A DNA stretch of 64,000 bases from Bdellovibrionota bacterium (GTDB taxonomy: Bacteria > Bdellovibrionota_C > UBA2361 > CALJRW01). Below the pieces are notes generated by a model that was given only the letters and a program-made list of their open reading frames with translations, did not search any database and had not been told where the DNA came from. Location of the stretch: positions 17,608 through 81,607 of the forward strand of contig JBGSMD010000020.1 in NCBI GenBank assembly GCA_041740355.1. The letters run 5' to 3'. Positions 41,492-51,531 of this stretch are shown piece by piece. The position numbers and the translations under genes are program-made. Each line of letters starts with the position of its first letter. Within the stretch, counting starts at the first letter, position 1.

Positions 41492-41625
41492 AATAATTTT
41501 ATAATAAAATCAGGAATCTATGCTGATGAAGTTACTAGGAACAAGAGTACCCCACTAAATGATTACCGAGTAATAAGAATATACTCTAAATTACATTCTG
41601 ACAAATAAATTTTACCAAATATTAT

Positions 41626-42900
41626 TTAAAAATTGCTTTCTAGAAGTTCCAGAATCTCAGCAAATTGAGGTCGCTCTCCGTGAACTAAATTTAAACATCT
41701 ATCCATCAAAGTCTTTAGAAATGGTGTTGCTACTTCCTTGGTTTCACCAAGAAGATCCTGAATTAAATATCCAAAGGCACGCACTTCTATTTGTTCCCTC
41801 TCAATTGAGTTCCCACGATCATAAAATGACGCCGCACCAAAATCTCCCAAGAAGCACTCCCCAACATTTGTGGTTAAAATATTATGGGCATATAAATCAC
41901 CATGAGCAATTCCCCGCTGATGTAAATGATCTGCCGCCGAAGCAATATCTTTTAAAACTTGCAGAATAAATTCTAAGGACAAACTTGTCTCAGGTAAAAA
42001 GGTATCTCTAGTGCAACTCTCAAGGCTTGGTGGTAAGCCTAGCGATCGATAACTTGCGGGTATTAGCTTTAAAACCAATCCGGCATTTAGATTGCCATTT
42101 TCTGAGAATTGCCCATTAACTGGTATAATTTTTGGATGGGACTGAGCCGCAAGACAGGCTTTAAGATCATCAATTATATATCCATCACTGGTCATTGTCC
42201 CTCGATACTTTTTAACAGCAACAGGCTCTTGATATCCCGCAATGGTCGCCTTCCAGACTTCACAGGAAGGACTTTCTCCAATTTTCTCCGTTAAATTAAC
42301 TTGATCCCCATAAATAATAGGAACATTAATCAGTGCTAGATCTTTATTGTTAAAACAATTTCCTGAGTCTGCATACCAAGCTAATTTAGGTAACTTAAAA
42401 AGAAAGCTCGGCTCTTGCGAAAGTTTATTTGCGGAAAGTCTAATTAATTCTAATTCTTGGCAAAGCTCCAGTTCTTTAGGAATTGATTGCAAATCATTTC
42501 CCGTCAAAGCTAATTTTTTTAAATTTTTTAATTTACCAATAGATCTTGGTAAAGCTTGCAAATGATTGTCCGTTAAGATTAACCATTTCAAATTTTCAGG
42601 CAACGCATCTTCCGCAATTATTTTTAGCTGACAGGACTTAAAACCTAAAACTTCGAGTTTGGTGCAATATTTTAAAACAGCTGGAATGTCTGTAAATAGA
42701 TTCTTAGAGAAAAAGGCTATTTTAAGTTCTTGAAATTCTGTAATTGCCTCTGGCAAGCTAGTCAGCAGTCCTTGAGACATATCCAACACTTCAATTTGAT
42801 CAGCATAATCAAGTAATTCTAAGGGGAAATAACTCGCATTCCTAAGAGTTAGAGTTTTTGATTTAAGATCATAAAAGTGAAAAAAGGGTATCTCCTGCAT
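41626..42900 (-). CDS. Leucine-rich-repeat protein kinase
   Basis: LRRs (LKWLILTDNHLQALP, LKKLALTGNDL), VAVKKY, HGDLYAHN, LGDFG. Confidence 0.9.
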   Translation of the reverse strand: MQEIPFFHFYDLKSKTLTLRNASYFPLELLDYADQIEVLDMSQGLLTSLPEAITEFQELKIAFFSKNLFTDIPAVLKYCTKLEVLGFKSCQLKIIAEDALPENLKWLILTDNHLQALPRSIGKLKNLKKLALTGNDLQSIPKELELCQELELIRLSANKLSQEPSFLFKLPKLAWYADSGNCFNNKDLALINVPIIYGDQVNLTEKIGESPSCEVWKATIAGYQEPVAVKKYRGTMTSDGYIIDDLKACLAAQSHPKIIPVNGQFSENGNLNAGLVLKLIPASYRSLGLPPSLESCTRDTFLPETSLSLEFILQVLKDIASAADHLHQRGIAHGDLYAHNILTTNVGECFLGDFGAASFYDRGNSIEREQIEVRAFGYLIQDLLGETKEVATPFLKTLMDRCLNLVHGERPQFAEILELLESNF

Positions 42901-43031
42901 AATAAATTAGAGTAGCTAGTTATCTTTGAAATGCCAAGAACTCAGTTGATAGAGCCCCAACTTCTATTTCCAATAAGATTCAAAATGTCCTTCTTAAACC
43001 ATATCCCTGCAATATTTTTTATGTTATTTTA

Positions 43032-43718
43032 GTGCTTGTGCAAAATTATCAAATTCTAATTATCGATGACGATCTTTCCTTTACTAATTTGGTGAAGATT
43101 CGTTTGGAGAAAATTCTTAAGAATATTAATGTACAAAACTTTGAATCTTTGGCCTCGGCTGAAAAATTCCTAAAAAAAGCCGATCCCAACTATGACCTTG
43201 TCGTAATCGATCAACATCTTCCTGATGGACTTGGCAGTGACTTTATCAAAAAAGGACTATTTGGCTCTACGGCCGTTCTATCGATGAGCTCTGATCAAGC
43301 GATAGAAATTACAGCTAAATCTATCGGTGCAGGCGCAACTTTTTTCCTTCAGAAAGACGATCTTACGAAGCCTTTGTTTGAATATTTAATTCATGGCCTT
43401 ATTCAACGGAATCAAATCGCCAAGGAACTGAGTGATACCAATAAAAAACTGGTCAAACTAGATACCATCAAAAAAATGATTTCAACATTTAAACATGAAA
43501 TTAATAATCCGCTAACAGCAATTTTTGGTGCTTCATTTATTCTTAAACGTAAGTACGAGCATGAGAAAGAGCAGATGGAAGCAATTAGTTTGATTGATAT
43601 TAGCTCGAAAAGAATTAAGGAAATTATTGAAAGCATCGATCGCAATCCCGACTTAACGGAGGAAAGCAAATCCAATCAAAATGTATATAAAATTCCTGGT
43701 GATAAACCTTGGAAATAG
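43032..43718 (+). CDS. Receiver domain + HisKA dimerisation domain protein lacking an ATPase domain
   Basis: ILIIDDD, VVIDQHLPDG, LQK; H-box FKHEINNPL; ends about 75 aa later with no N/G boxes. Confidence 0.8.
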   Translation: MLVQNYQILIIDDDLSFTNLVKIRLEKILKNINVQNFESLASAEKFLKKADPNYDLVVIDQHLPDGLGSDFIKKGLFGSTAVLSMSSDQAIEITAKSIGAGATFFLQKDDLTKPLFEYLIHGLIQRNQIAKELSDTNKKLVKLDTIKKMISTFKHEINNPLTAIFGASFILKRKYEHEKEQMEAISLIDISSKRIKEIIESIDRNPDLTEESKSNQNVYKIPGDKPWK

Positions 43719-43856
43719 TCTGCTTGCAGACTAACCCTAAAGCCTGTTGCGAAGCGAATCAGCTTTAGGACTAATATTAATATTGTTTTATTACAATCGA
43801 CTTTTGCTGAAAAAGTATCGAATTTTTTACATAGATTCTTTCAGCGCTTTATCTGA

Positions 43857-44040
43857 ATGACTATAGAAGCGACCAACGGGAGCCAACAGACAAATAGTAA
43901 AGCCAACTTAAAAATAGAGTTAAACCAAAGGTTTATCTATAAATTTATATTCTTTAACTACTTCAGGTTAAAAAGAGATAAAAACCAGCAACAGTCTTAG
44001 TTACTCTGTTTTTCGGAAAACCTTTTTGGGGTTTACTATA
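43857..44040 (+). repeat. Family R1-related linker + long module C, copy 2
   Basis: ATGACTATAGAAGCGACCAACGGGAGCCAACAGACAAATAGTAAAGCCAAC...GGGGTTTACTATA, colinear with 36072-36256. Confidence 0.88.
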
Positions 44041-44064
44041 TCAAATACTGGGCGATTATTTGCC

Positions 44065-44094
44065 AAAAAAAAACGACCCAATGGGTCGTTTTTT
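44065..44094 (-). terminator. Intrinsic (bidirectional-looking) terminator of the RRM-S18 gene
   Basis: A-run, ACGACCC/GGGTCGT stem, T-run; about 20 nt past the stop. Confidence 0.85.
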
Positions 44095-44116
44095 AAATTC
44101 CAGTAACTCCTACGAA

Positions 44117-44641
44117 TTACTTAGAGTATGCCATCAAACCTAAGCTCTGAGCTCGCTTAACAGCTTTCTTCATTTTTCTTTGGTTGTATGAAGAAAGGCC
44201 AGTGTACTTTCTAGAAAGTAATCGCCCACGCTCGCTAACAAATCTTGCTAGAGCATTTACATCACGATATGAAAGTTCTTTAGTTGGGTCCTGAACATAA
44301 GGATCCATTCTGCGATTACGCTTAAAAATTGGAACTCTTTGAATCGGTGGAAAATATTCTTGCTTAGTAGTTTCACGAACTTCAGCAGGTTTACCTTTAT
44401 CAAAGGCAACTTTCATTGGTCGACTATTGATAACTCTTTCGTTCAAAGCTTTAACAGCTTTCTCGGCGTCATCAACATTTTCCATTTCGATGAAAGCGAA
44501 TCCACGAGAACGTTTTGTTTCACGGTCAACAGCGATGACAACGCTTAAACATGGACCAAACTCTTCAAACATTACTCTCAAATCGTCGTTAGTAACTTCA
44601 AAATCAATATTGCTTACAAATAATCTTCTTCTTTTTTCCAT
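44117..44641 (-). CDS. rpsR: RRM domain - ribosomal protein bS18 fusion
   Basis: RNP2 LFVSNI and RNP1 RGFAFIEM, then S18 core YRDVNALARFVSERGRLLSRKYTGLSSYNQRKMKKAVKRAQSLGLMAY in one frame. Confidence 0.88.
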   Translation of the reverse strand: MEKRRRLFVSNIDFEVTNDDLRVMFEEFGPCLSVVIAVDRETKRSRGFAFIEMENVDDAEKAVKALNERVINSRPMKVAFDKGKPAEVRETTKQEYFPPIQRVPIFKRNRRMDPYVQDPTKELSYRDVNALARFVSERGRLLSRKYTGLSSYNQRKMKKAVKRAQSLGLMAYSK

Positions 44642-44668
44642 TGCATTAATTAACAAAATAGCTCGCGA

Positions 44669-44697
44669 ATATTAGTTAATCTGAGGTTTTATGTCAA
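44669..44697 (-). promoter_or_regulatory. sigma70 promoter of the RRM-S18 gene
   Basis: TTGACA-17 bp-TAATAT on the minus strand; -10 box 27 nt before the ATG. Confidence 0.75.
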
Positions 44698-45024
44698 GGA
44701 TTAGGAAAATTCCCAACTTCGCAGCATTTTTGGTTCCAAAACTTACTGTCCTGCTAAGCTATTAAAATTTAAAGCTAAATAAATGCATAATTTTTATAAC
44801 TGTGTTTTATAGTTAAGCATCCAGTTTCATTGACAAAAAAATATTTTTTTTATAAATAACAACTTGTTACGCAAGAAATGTCGAAGATTTTTCTTGACTT
44901 AGCTTGTTTAAGTAGTTTATAGAAATTACTTAGTTTTTACTGTAAGTTAGGTTGACGTCCCTTTAGTTAATTTAATTCACTAGTTCGCCTCGGTTTTATA
45001 CAGACAGTTTTTTGGAGCCCAATA

Positions 45025-45354
45025 ATGAGTACTAGCAACGCCTATAAGAGATTTGGATTTGAAGATGATGATTCCTTTTCGGAAGCCAAGTCAGAGGTAA
45101 AACCGGAAAGAAACCTGCTTGCAGCAGTTCTTTCTAGAGCAATTTGTGATGCTTTTGGAACGGCACATTGTGAGCGACACGTTGTAAGAAGCGCACGTCG
45201 TTGGATTTTTAGCCAATTAACACCTAAAATTCCTTTTAGTTTTGCTTGGGTTAGTATTCATTTAGATCTTGAACCAACTGAACTTCAAAATAGCCTTCGT
45301 ACTTACGAAGATAATCCCGATGACATCCAAGACCGCCTTGCTCTTTTAAAATAG
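45025..45354 (+). CDS. Conserved-looking hypothetical protein
   Basis: PERNLLAAVL..AI.D...ARRWI...FSF..V...LDL pattern; GGAG upstream. Confidence 0.75.
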   Translation: MSTSNAYKRFGFEDDDSFSEAKSEVKPERNLLAAVLSRAICDAFGTAHCERHVVRSARRWIFSQLTPKIPFSFAWVSIHLDLEPTELQNSLRTYEDNPDDIQDRLALLK

Positions 45355-45371
45355 TTCTTAAATAGATACTC

Positions 45372-45563
45372 GTGGATTACTCTAAGAAATTTATCAGAAA
45401 CTTTATCTTGATAGTTTCCTTAGTACTAGTTGCACGAGTTCTTTACACTGCAATTGAAGTTAATAACTGGAGAGGGTTTGCTTACTCCACATTACATATC
45501 TTAATTGTGGGAGTCGGTGCATTTTTTGCACTAAGCGGAATAAGAAACAAGCAGCCAAAGTAA
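45372..45563 (+). CDS. Small two-TM membrane protein
   Basis: Two hydrophobic segments, basic tail. Confidence 0.55.
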   Translation: MDYSKKFIRNFILIVSLVLVARVLYTAIEVNNWRGFAYSTLHILIVGVGAFFALSGIRNKQPK

Positions 45564-45719
45564 CTCGTAAGCACTTTCTAGTAAAAATCATCAATCAGAG
45601 ATAATAACATGACGGACAGTCCATACACTGCCTTCTGCCCTTTTTATACCTATAGCCTTTACTTAAACAATTATAAATTCTTTTGGGACCTAAAAGGAAT
45701 AGAAGGAGAAATGGTAGAA

Positions 45720-46136
45720 TTAGTGCCAAGTAATCTTCTTATCATCCATAACTTCGATAGTTTCACCAGAAAAATCTTTACTGGTATCCTCTCCTGACAT
45801 TTTCATTTGTTGAACAACAATTGCAGAATTCTTAGTTAAATCATTCCAGCGAGTTTCAACAGTTTTCTTAAAGCGAATTAATTTATAAGCAAGGACAGAG
45901 AACACAACGCCAAAGAAAACAAAAAACATGCCAAATAAAACTGCGAAAAATTTAGGAAACAGTATTACCCCAACCCCAAAAGTTGCTAATAAAATACCCA
46001 CGGAAAATATCAAGGAGCCTGGATTAAGAACAGAGTTAATTACCACAAATTGAGGTTGAACTTTACTTTGCATACGCTCAACTTTGGATTTAAAAAATGT
46101 TTTCATAATAATCTTAATATTGGCCTTACAGTACAA
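45720..46136 (-). CDS. Two-TM hypothetical membrane protein (start uncertain)
   Basis: Hydrophobic hairpin followed by a charged tail. Confidence 0.65.
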   Translation of the reverse strand: MYCKANIKIIMKTFFKSKVERMQSKVQPQFVVINSVLNPGSLIFSVGILLATFGVGVILFPKFFAVLFGMFFVFFGVVFSVLAYKLIRFKKTVETRWNDLTKNSAIVVQQMKMSGEDTSKDFSGETIEVMDDKKITWH

Positions 46137-46397
46137 CTGAAAAGGTCATTTAAACTTAGAGTTATTTAACAATAACTTGGGTACCAATGACAAGGGTCTC
46201 AAAACATAGATGATAGAATTTATTCAGATATCAGACGTAGTGATTTGAAAATATTCACAAAAATACTTGAGAACTGAACATTCTACCGATCTAATTATTT
46301 ATTCAAAAATTGATCGGAAGTACAAATAAGGAATAACTTTATCAAACAGTACACTTCTGCTAATAATCATCATTAACCCTAATTTCAAGTTAAAAAT

Positions 46398-46853
46398 TTG
46401 TCTGACCCAAAAAATCTTTTTTCTTTGATTGTGCCTAACCTTGATTTTTTAATCCTTCAATCTTTAGCTATTATTGTGACTGCAATGCTACTAAAGAAAA
46501 TGACCATTACATCATTATTTGGACCATTAATCACAGTAATCGCTATCTCCTGGATTAATAATCTTTACTGGGATAGTCGTCTCTTCTTTGATCTACCTTC
46601 TAGTTTTACTTTAACAACTTTGGGATTAATCTTTTGTAACTCAATTATCCTTTGGATCATAGTTAAGCTAGCTCCGGGAATTGAAATTAGTGGCATTATT
46701 ACAGCGATCAAAGCCTCTGTAATTCTCTCCATAAGTAGTTATTTAATTAATAAATTCTGCAGCAATCTTGATTGGTCAGAAATCATCCGCTCCACAATTA
46801 GCTTTCTAGGAGATTTGCGAAATCACTTCTTAGCAAACTCTGATGTCAAATAA
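46398..46853 (+). CDS. Membrane protein, phage-holin-like (YvlD/DUF360-like)
   Basis: Four TM segments, LTTLGL..NSIILW..KLAPGIEISG pattern. Confidence 0.6.
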   Translation: MSDPKNLFSLIVPNLDFLILQSLAIIVTAMLLKKMTITSLFGPLITVIAISWINNLYWDSRLFFDLPSSFTLTTLGLIFCNSIILWIIVKLAPGIEISGIITAIKASVILSISSYLINKFCSNLDWSEIIRSTISFLGDLRNHFLANSDVK

Positions 46854-47721
46854 CTTAAACATCGGAACTGTGATTCGCCTGACGAGAAGACAGGTGCAGG
46901 TACAATTAAATCAAGAACTATTGGAATTTTCTATTCCCCGAAAATTTTCTAACTTAATTGCCGGAGATCTTGTAGAAATCAGTTGCAATGAAATTATTCG
47001 CTGCCTGGATCGACAGAATTTAATTAAGCGTTCGGTTGCCCATCGAACTAAAGAAGTAGTAGCAAATCTTGATCATTTACTAATTGTGACAGCTCCTCCA
47101 CCATTATTTAATAGCTCGGTAATCGATCGTTTAATTGCTCTAGCAGAAATCGAAAACATTCCAGTTTCTCTAATCATTAATAAAATCGATCTAGATTATT
47201 CTGCGATTCAAACTGAAATTAAATATTATCAGTCATTGGATGTCGCTGTGCTTTTAACTAGTGCCAAAGAAAATCAAGGTGTCGAATTAATCAAATCATT
47301 TATATCTGAACAAAATCTGAATCGGATTGCCTTCTCGGGAGTTTCGGGAGTTGGAAAGAGCAGTCTGCTAAAACGAATTTTAGAAACTGAAGATATTCGA
47401 ACTTCACATGTTAGTGGGCGCACAGGTCAAGGACGCCAAACAACTTCAGAAGTTCAAGGCTACCTGATTCCGAATACAACAATTGTGATTTTTGATGTTC
47501 CAGGCATTCAAAACTTTGGACTTACTCACCTTACAAACCGGCAAGTTCGTGACGCTTTTGTCGATTTTCGAAATTTTCCCTGCCCTTATAGTGGCTGTCA
47601 ACACATTGGTGAAAGTGAGTGCTCCGTAAAAGTCGCGGTTAACTCTAAGGAACTGCTACCTTCCCGCTACCAATCCTACTTACAAATCATTACCGAATTG
47701 GAACGTAATAAAGCTTACTAA
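46843..47721 (+). CDS. rsgA: Ribosome small subunit-dependent GTPase A
   Basis: Circularly permuted NKID, GVSGVGKSS, GRQTT, DVPG; Zn finger C..C.H..E..C. Confidence 0.93.
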   Translation: MSNNLNIGTVIRLTRRQVQVQLNQELLEFSIPRKFSNLIAGDLVEISCNEIIRCLDRQNLIKRSVAHRTKEVVANLDHLLIVTAPPPLFNSSVIDRLIALAEIENIPVSLIINKIDLDYSAIQTEIKYYQSLDVAVLLTSAKENQGVELIKSFISEQNLNRIAFSGVSGVGKSSLLKRILETEDIRTSHVSGRTGQGRQTTSEVQGYLIPNTTIVIFDVPGIQNFGLTHLTNRQVRDAFVDFRNFPCPYSGCQHIGESECSVKVAVNSKELLPSRYQSYLQIITELERNKAY

Positions 47722-47722
47722 A

Positions 47723-48412
47723 TTGATCACGATGAATATAACTTGGCAAGAAACTCTCGCAGCAGAAAAACAAAAGGATTATTTTAAAAATATCATTGAA
47801 AAAGTTAATCAAGCTCGTGCTGCCAAGGAAATCATATACCCAAAGAATACAGAGATTTTCAATGCTTTAAAAACAACTGAGTTACACCAAGTGAAAGTAG
47901 TAATCTTAGGACAGGACCCCTATCACGGTCCAAATCAGGCACACGGACTTTGTTTCTCGGTAAATCACGGAATTACACCACCTCCATCGCTCGTTAATAT
48001 CTTTAAAGAGCTTCGCTCTGACTTGGGACTACCAATCCCCAAACATGGCTGCCTAACTTCATGGGCTGAGCAAGGAGTCTTACTCTTAAATAGTTCATTA
48101 ACAGTTAAAGCAGGCTCGCCTCTATCTCATGCCAAATTAGGTTGGGAAATATTTACCGATTATATCATAAAATTAGTTAGCGATCGTCGTACTGGAGTTG
48201 TCTTTCTACTATGGGGATCCTTTGCCCAAAAAAAGGCCGTTCTGATTGATCATACAAAACATTTAATCTTACAAGCGCCTCACCCCTCTCCCCTCTCCAG
48301 TCATCGTGGGTTTTTTGGGTGCAAACATTTTTCCAAGACTAATGAATATTTAGCTAATAGTGGCCATCTTCCGATCAATTGGTCATTAAAGACTGAAGCA
48401 CTTGAAGACTAA
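47723..48412 (+). CDS. ung: Uracil-DNA glycosylase
   Basis: GQDPYH, GLCFSV, PPSL, GVLLLN, HPSPLS. Confidence 0.97.
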   Translation: MITMNITWQETLAAEKQKDYFKNIIEKVNQARAAKEIIYPKNTEIFNALKTTELHQVKVVILGQDPYHGPNQAHGLCFSVNHGITPPPSLVNIFKELRSDLGLPIPKHGCLTSWAEQGVLLLNSSLTVKAGSPLSHAKLGWEIFTDYIIKLVSDRRTGVVFLLWGSFAQKKAVLIDHTKHLILQAPHPSPLSSHRGFFGCKHFSKTNEYLANSGHLPINWSLKTEALED

Positions 48413-48755
48413 CAACCGACTAGTCTATATAGCCCCTAACTCGCAAAATAAAATGAAAAAAACACTCTACGGCACCTTATATTTAATTGTCTTTTCTTAT
48501 ATCGCTATAATCGCTAGCGAGTTAAGCCAGGGAATTGTCTTTAATGGTATCCAAAAGAAGCTGGGATTCTTGCCTTTTGTAGATGTCTTAACCAAAGATA
48601 ATTTAACGGGAATTGTTAATATTATTAATGGTGCAAATTTAGTTGATTACACATCCCTTAAAATCTTAGCTGTCGGCGTATTGATATCATTTACGGTTGG
48701 ATTGTTAATCTGCAAGTATTTAGTTTTTCCTCAAGATCGCGAACTTAAGTCTTAA
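48402..48755 (+). CDS. Hypothetical membrane protein (start probably at ATG 48453)
   Basis: Two hydrophobic segments. Confidence 0.55.
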   Translation: MKTNNRLVYIAPNSQNKMKKTLYGTLYLIVFSYIAIIASELSQGIVFNGIQKKLGFLPFVDVLTKDNLTGIVNIINGANLVDYTSLKILAVGVLISFTVGLLICKYLVFPQDRELKS

Positions 48756-49168
48756 AACAGATCATGACTATAGAGTAATTGAGCAGTTGAAATACGTAGC
48801 CATTGAAATCAAATTACTTGATCGAAATGCTGGAAAATATTCTTCTAACTTCCAACTTAAATCTTTTTCCTACCTCGTTCCGTAAGTTCTAATAGTTTTT
48901 ATTGTTATGACAAAAAATAATTTCTGAATTTTTCAAAGTCTGTTTGTGTTTTTTGAAATATAGTAAACCCAAGAATGAATTTCCGAAAAATTTTTTGGAA
49001 TTCATGTTGAGTTTACTATCTTTGTTGTTTTTAGGCATTCAAACCCGGTTTAACCAGGATTTGAAAAGCCGATAAATATTGATTTCTTCAAAATCAATAT
49101 TTAAACGCTAAAGCCCGAACCTCAAAAAGTAATTTCCTTAACGGAAATTACTTTTTGGACTTATTATG
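48753..49168. repeat. Cluster of partial R1-family modules
   Basis: TAAAACAGATCATGACTATAG (matches 36061); partial B at about 48901; short C ATAGTAAACCCA...TTGAGTTTACTATC (48960-49020); A core CAAAAAGTAATTTCC/GGAAATTACTTTTTG (49123-49157). Confidence 0.8.
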
Positions 49169-49189
49169 GTATACCATCAATAATCTGTC

Positions 49190-51385
49190 CTACCCTAGAT
49201 CAAATTTTAAACCAGCCATAAATGTTCGTGGCAATCCTGGTCGCACTCCGGCTGGACGTCTAGCAACAGCATATTGATCATCAAATAAATTTTGAATTGT
49301 AGTAAATATACTAATATTATCAGTCAATTTTATTTCACCATTTAAATCAAAGACAAAATTACTATCAGTATTACTAGTGCTTACTAAAGCAGCCTGACCT
49401 GCATAAGTTGGCATAGCGTCAACATAATTTCCATTAAGATATACTGACCAAATTTCAGTCACGGCTCCGATACTTAAAAATAATTGATTTTCGGCAATGT
49501 AAGGGATTGCATCTCCCGAAGTTACCGTACCAAATAATTCACTTTGGAAACTTTCTTCAAATTCTGCTTGCGTTAAGGTATAAGCAAGCTGAACGGGCAA
49601 ATCTATTGCTGAATCTACTAACTCTGCAACGTTATAAGTATAAGAAGCTTCCATTCCTACAACGGAAGACTCCCCGGCATTAAATAGATCCCCACTCCCG
49701 GTTCCACCACTTGATAAAGTATCTGCCCCTAATAAATTTTCATAATCATTATAGAAAAATAATAATTTAGAAAATGAATTTTGAGTTTTATAGTCAAAAC
49801 CTGATTCGTAATTAATACTCTCTTCTTCTTGAACGGAATCATTAGATCCTGGGGTCGGCGAGGCGAAGCCTTTGTGGATCCCAGCAAATAATCCGATCTT
49901 GTTTGATAATTCATAATAACTGCCTAAGCCAGGTATTAGTACATCAACTTGATTTGAACTTGTTGTTAAACTTTCTCCCCATCTATTAGGATCTTCCTTA
50001 CCATAATCATTTCTCACAAGATTAATACTTTCATACCGTAACCCTGGAGTCATTGTTAATTTCTCATATTCAATTTTGTCCTGCAGAAAAAATGCCCAGG
50101 CAGTAGCCGAGTTAACACGGTTAGATTCGCTTCCGGGTTCTCCTAAACTTGATAACAATAACTGATTATTCAACATTTGATAACGATCATCTTGTTGATA
50201 ACGATCCTCTTCATCTTCATGATATCTAGCACCGAACTCTAGCTGATGTTCTGTTTTCCCTAATTCAAAACTATATCCGAGGACTGATTGAATACCTTGG
50301 GCATAATATTCACGATCATTATTGCGAATCGCAAATGCGCCTTCTGCGCTATCAGCTCCTCTAATCCAAGCTAATTGCTCACTGTAATTAGCAGGATCAT
50401 CTAGGATACTTGCAATTCCAGCTCCTCCAACAGACTCCGTCTTAAACCAAATGCGATCGGTATCATTTCTATAGATACTTGTCGTTAAATCTAAGACATC
50501 ATTTAATTCTCCATAATGTCTTAACATTAATTGAGTATGATCTACTTGAATATTATCAAGTTGCGATCCTGAGTACCTTCGAAAAGGATCAGCTTGAAAG
50601 TCTTCTTCCGTTAAACCTAAGTAAGTTTCTTCTGAATCTTGATCATAGACGTTAAATTTAAATTCTAATTCTTGATAACTCTCAACGGTGGCATCAGTGT
50701 TTACTCTGAATTTTCCAACATAGTCAGCAATATCAAAACCAGTATCTCCACCACTATCTAAATTCTTAAATCCATAAGAGCTTGCTTGATATGTTTCTAA
50801 CATCCAACCAAAGTTCTCAGATTTATCTCCAAGGTTAATATGAGAAATTTGCGAATTATAATCTCCAAGCCGAAACTGTCCCTTAGCTCGAAATTTTTCG
50901 GGAATTTTTGTGGAAAATAAATTCAAACTTCCGCCGGTAGTATTAGGACCATACTTGATCATTCCGGGGCCTTTTGTAACTTCCAACGATTCCATACGAC
51001 CAAGAGTTGGAAAATAATATGCAGCTGGTGCTGAATATGGTGCTGGTGCTGCTAAAACAGAATCCTCCATTAAAGTAATATTAGCACTGCGATCCACCGA
51101 GGTTCCTCTAAAACCAATGTTTGGTCTTAATCCAAAGCCATCTTCTTCTTGAACATTTACTCCAGGCAGTTGTCTTAATACCTTACCTACATCATCAAAG
51201 CCCTTCTTAGCCTGCTCTAGCTTGGCAGGGGATAGATAACTAACTGATCCCGCATTTTTTTCGCTACCACTTCCGGCAATTGTAATTCTTTCTAATATTT
51301 TTGTTTCTTTGTTTTCTAACTTGATATCTTCAGATGTTGCTGTAATTGGTAAGACTAAAATTAGATATAAGATAATTTTCTTCAT
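49190..51385 (-). CDS. TonB-dependent outer membrane receptor (FecA-like)
   Basis: Signal peptide; plug LRQLPGV...RPNIGFRG...APYSAPAAYYFP...EVTKGP...YGP; C-terminal NLFD..Y....RPGLPRTF...F. Confidence 0.92.
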   Translation of the reverse strand: MKKIILYLILVLPITATSEDIKLENKETKILERITIAGSGSEKNAGSVSYLSPAKLEQAKKGFDDVGKVLRQLPGVNVQEEDGFGLRPNIGFRGTSVDRSANITLMEDSVLAAPAPYSAPAAYYFPTLGRMESLEVTKGPGMIKYGPNTTGGSLNLFSTKIPEKFRAKGQFRLGDYNSQISHINLGDKSENFGWMLETYQASSYGFKNLDSGGDTGFDIADYVGKFRVNTDATVESYQELEFKFNVYDQDSEETYLGLTEEDFQADPFRRYSGSQLDNIQVDHTQLMLRHYGELNDVLDLTTSIYRNDTDRIWFKTESVGGAGIASILDDPANYSEQLAWIRGADSAEGAFAIRNNDREYYAQGIQSVLGYSFELGKTEHQLEFGARYHEDEEDRYQQDDRYQMLNNQLLLSSLGEPGSESNRVNSATAWAFFLQDKIEYEKLTMTPGLRYESINLVRNDYGKEDPNRWGESLTTSSNQVDVLIPGLGSYYELSNKIGLFAGIHKGFASPTPGSNDSVQEEESINYESGFDYKTQNSFSKLLFFYNDYENLLGADTLSSGGTGSGDLFNAGESSVVGMEASYTYNVAELVDSAIDLPVQLAYTLTQAEFEESFQSELFGTVTSGDAIPYIAENQLFLSIGAVTEIWSVYLNGNYVDAMPTYAGQAALVSTSNTDSNFVFDLNGEIKLTDNISIFTTIQNLFDDQYAVARRPAGVRPGLPRTFMAGLKFDLG

Positions 51386-51531
51386 AACTGCTTAATATTA
51401 TTAGTTAATTTAATTTAGGTTTATTGATTTGCATGATATATACTTCAACCGCTCGGTATGTCAAGCGATTAACTTAACTAATAACAAGTTAACGAAGAAA
51501 TTTCTGACGGTATTTACTTTACAGGGAGCAG

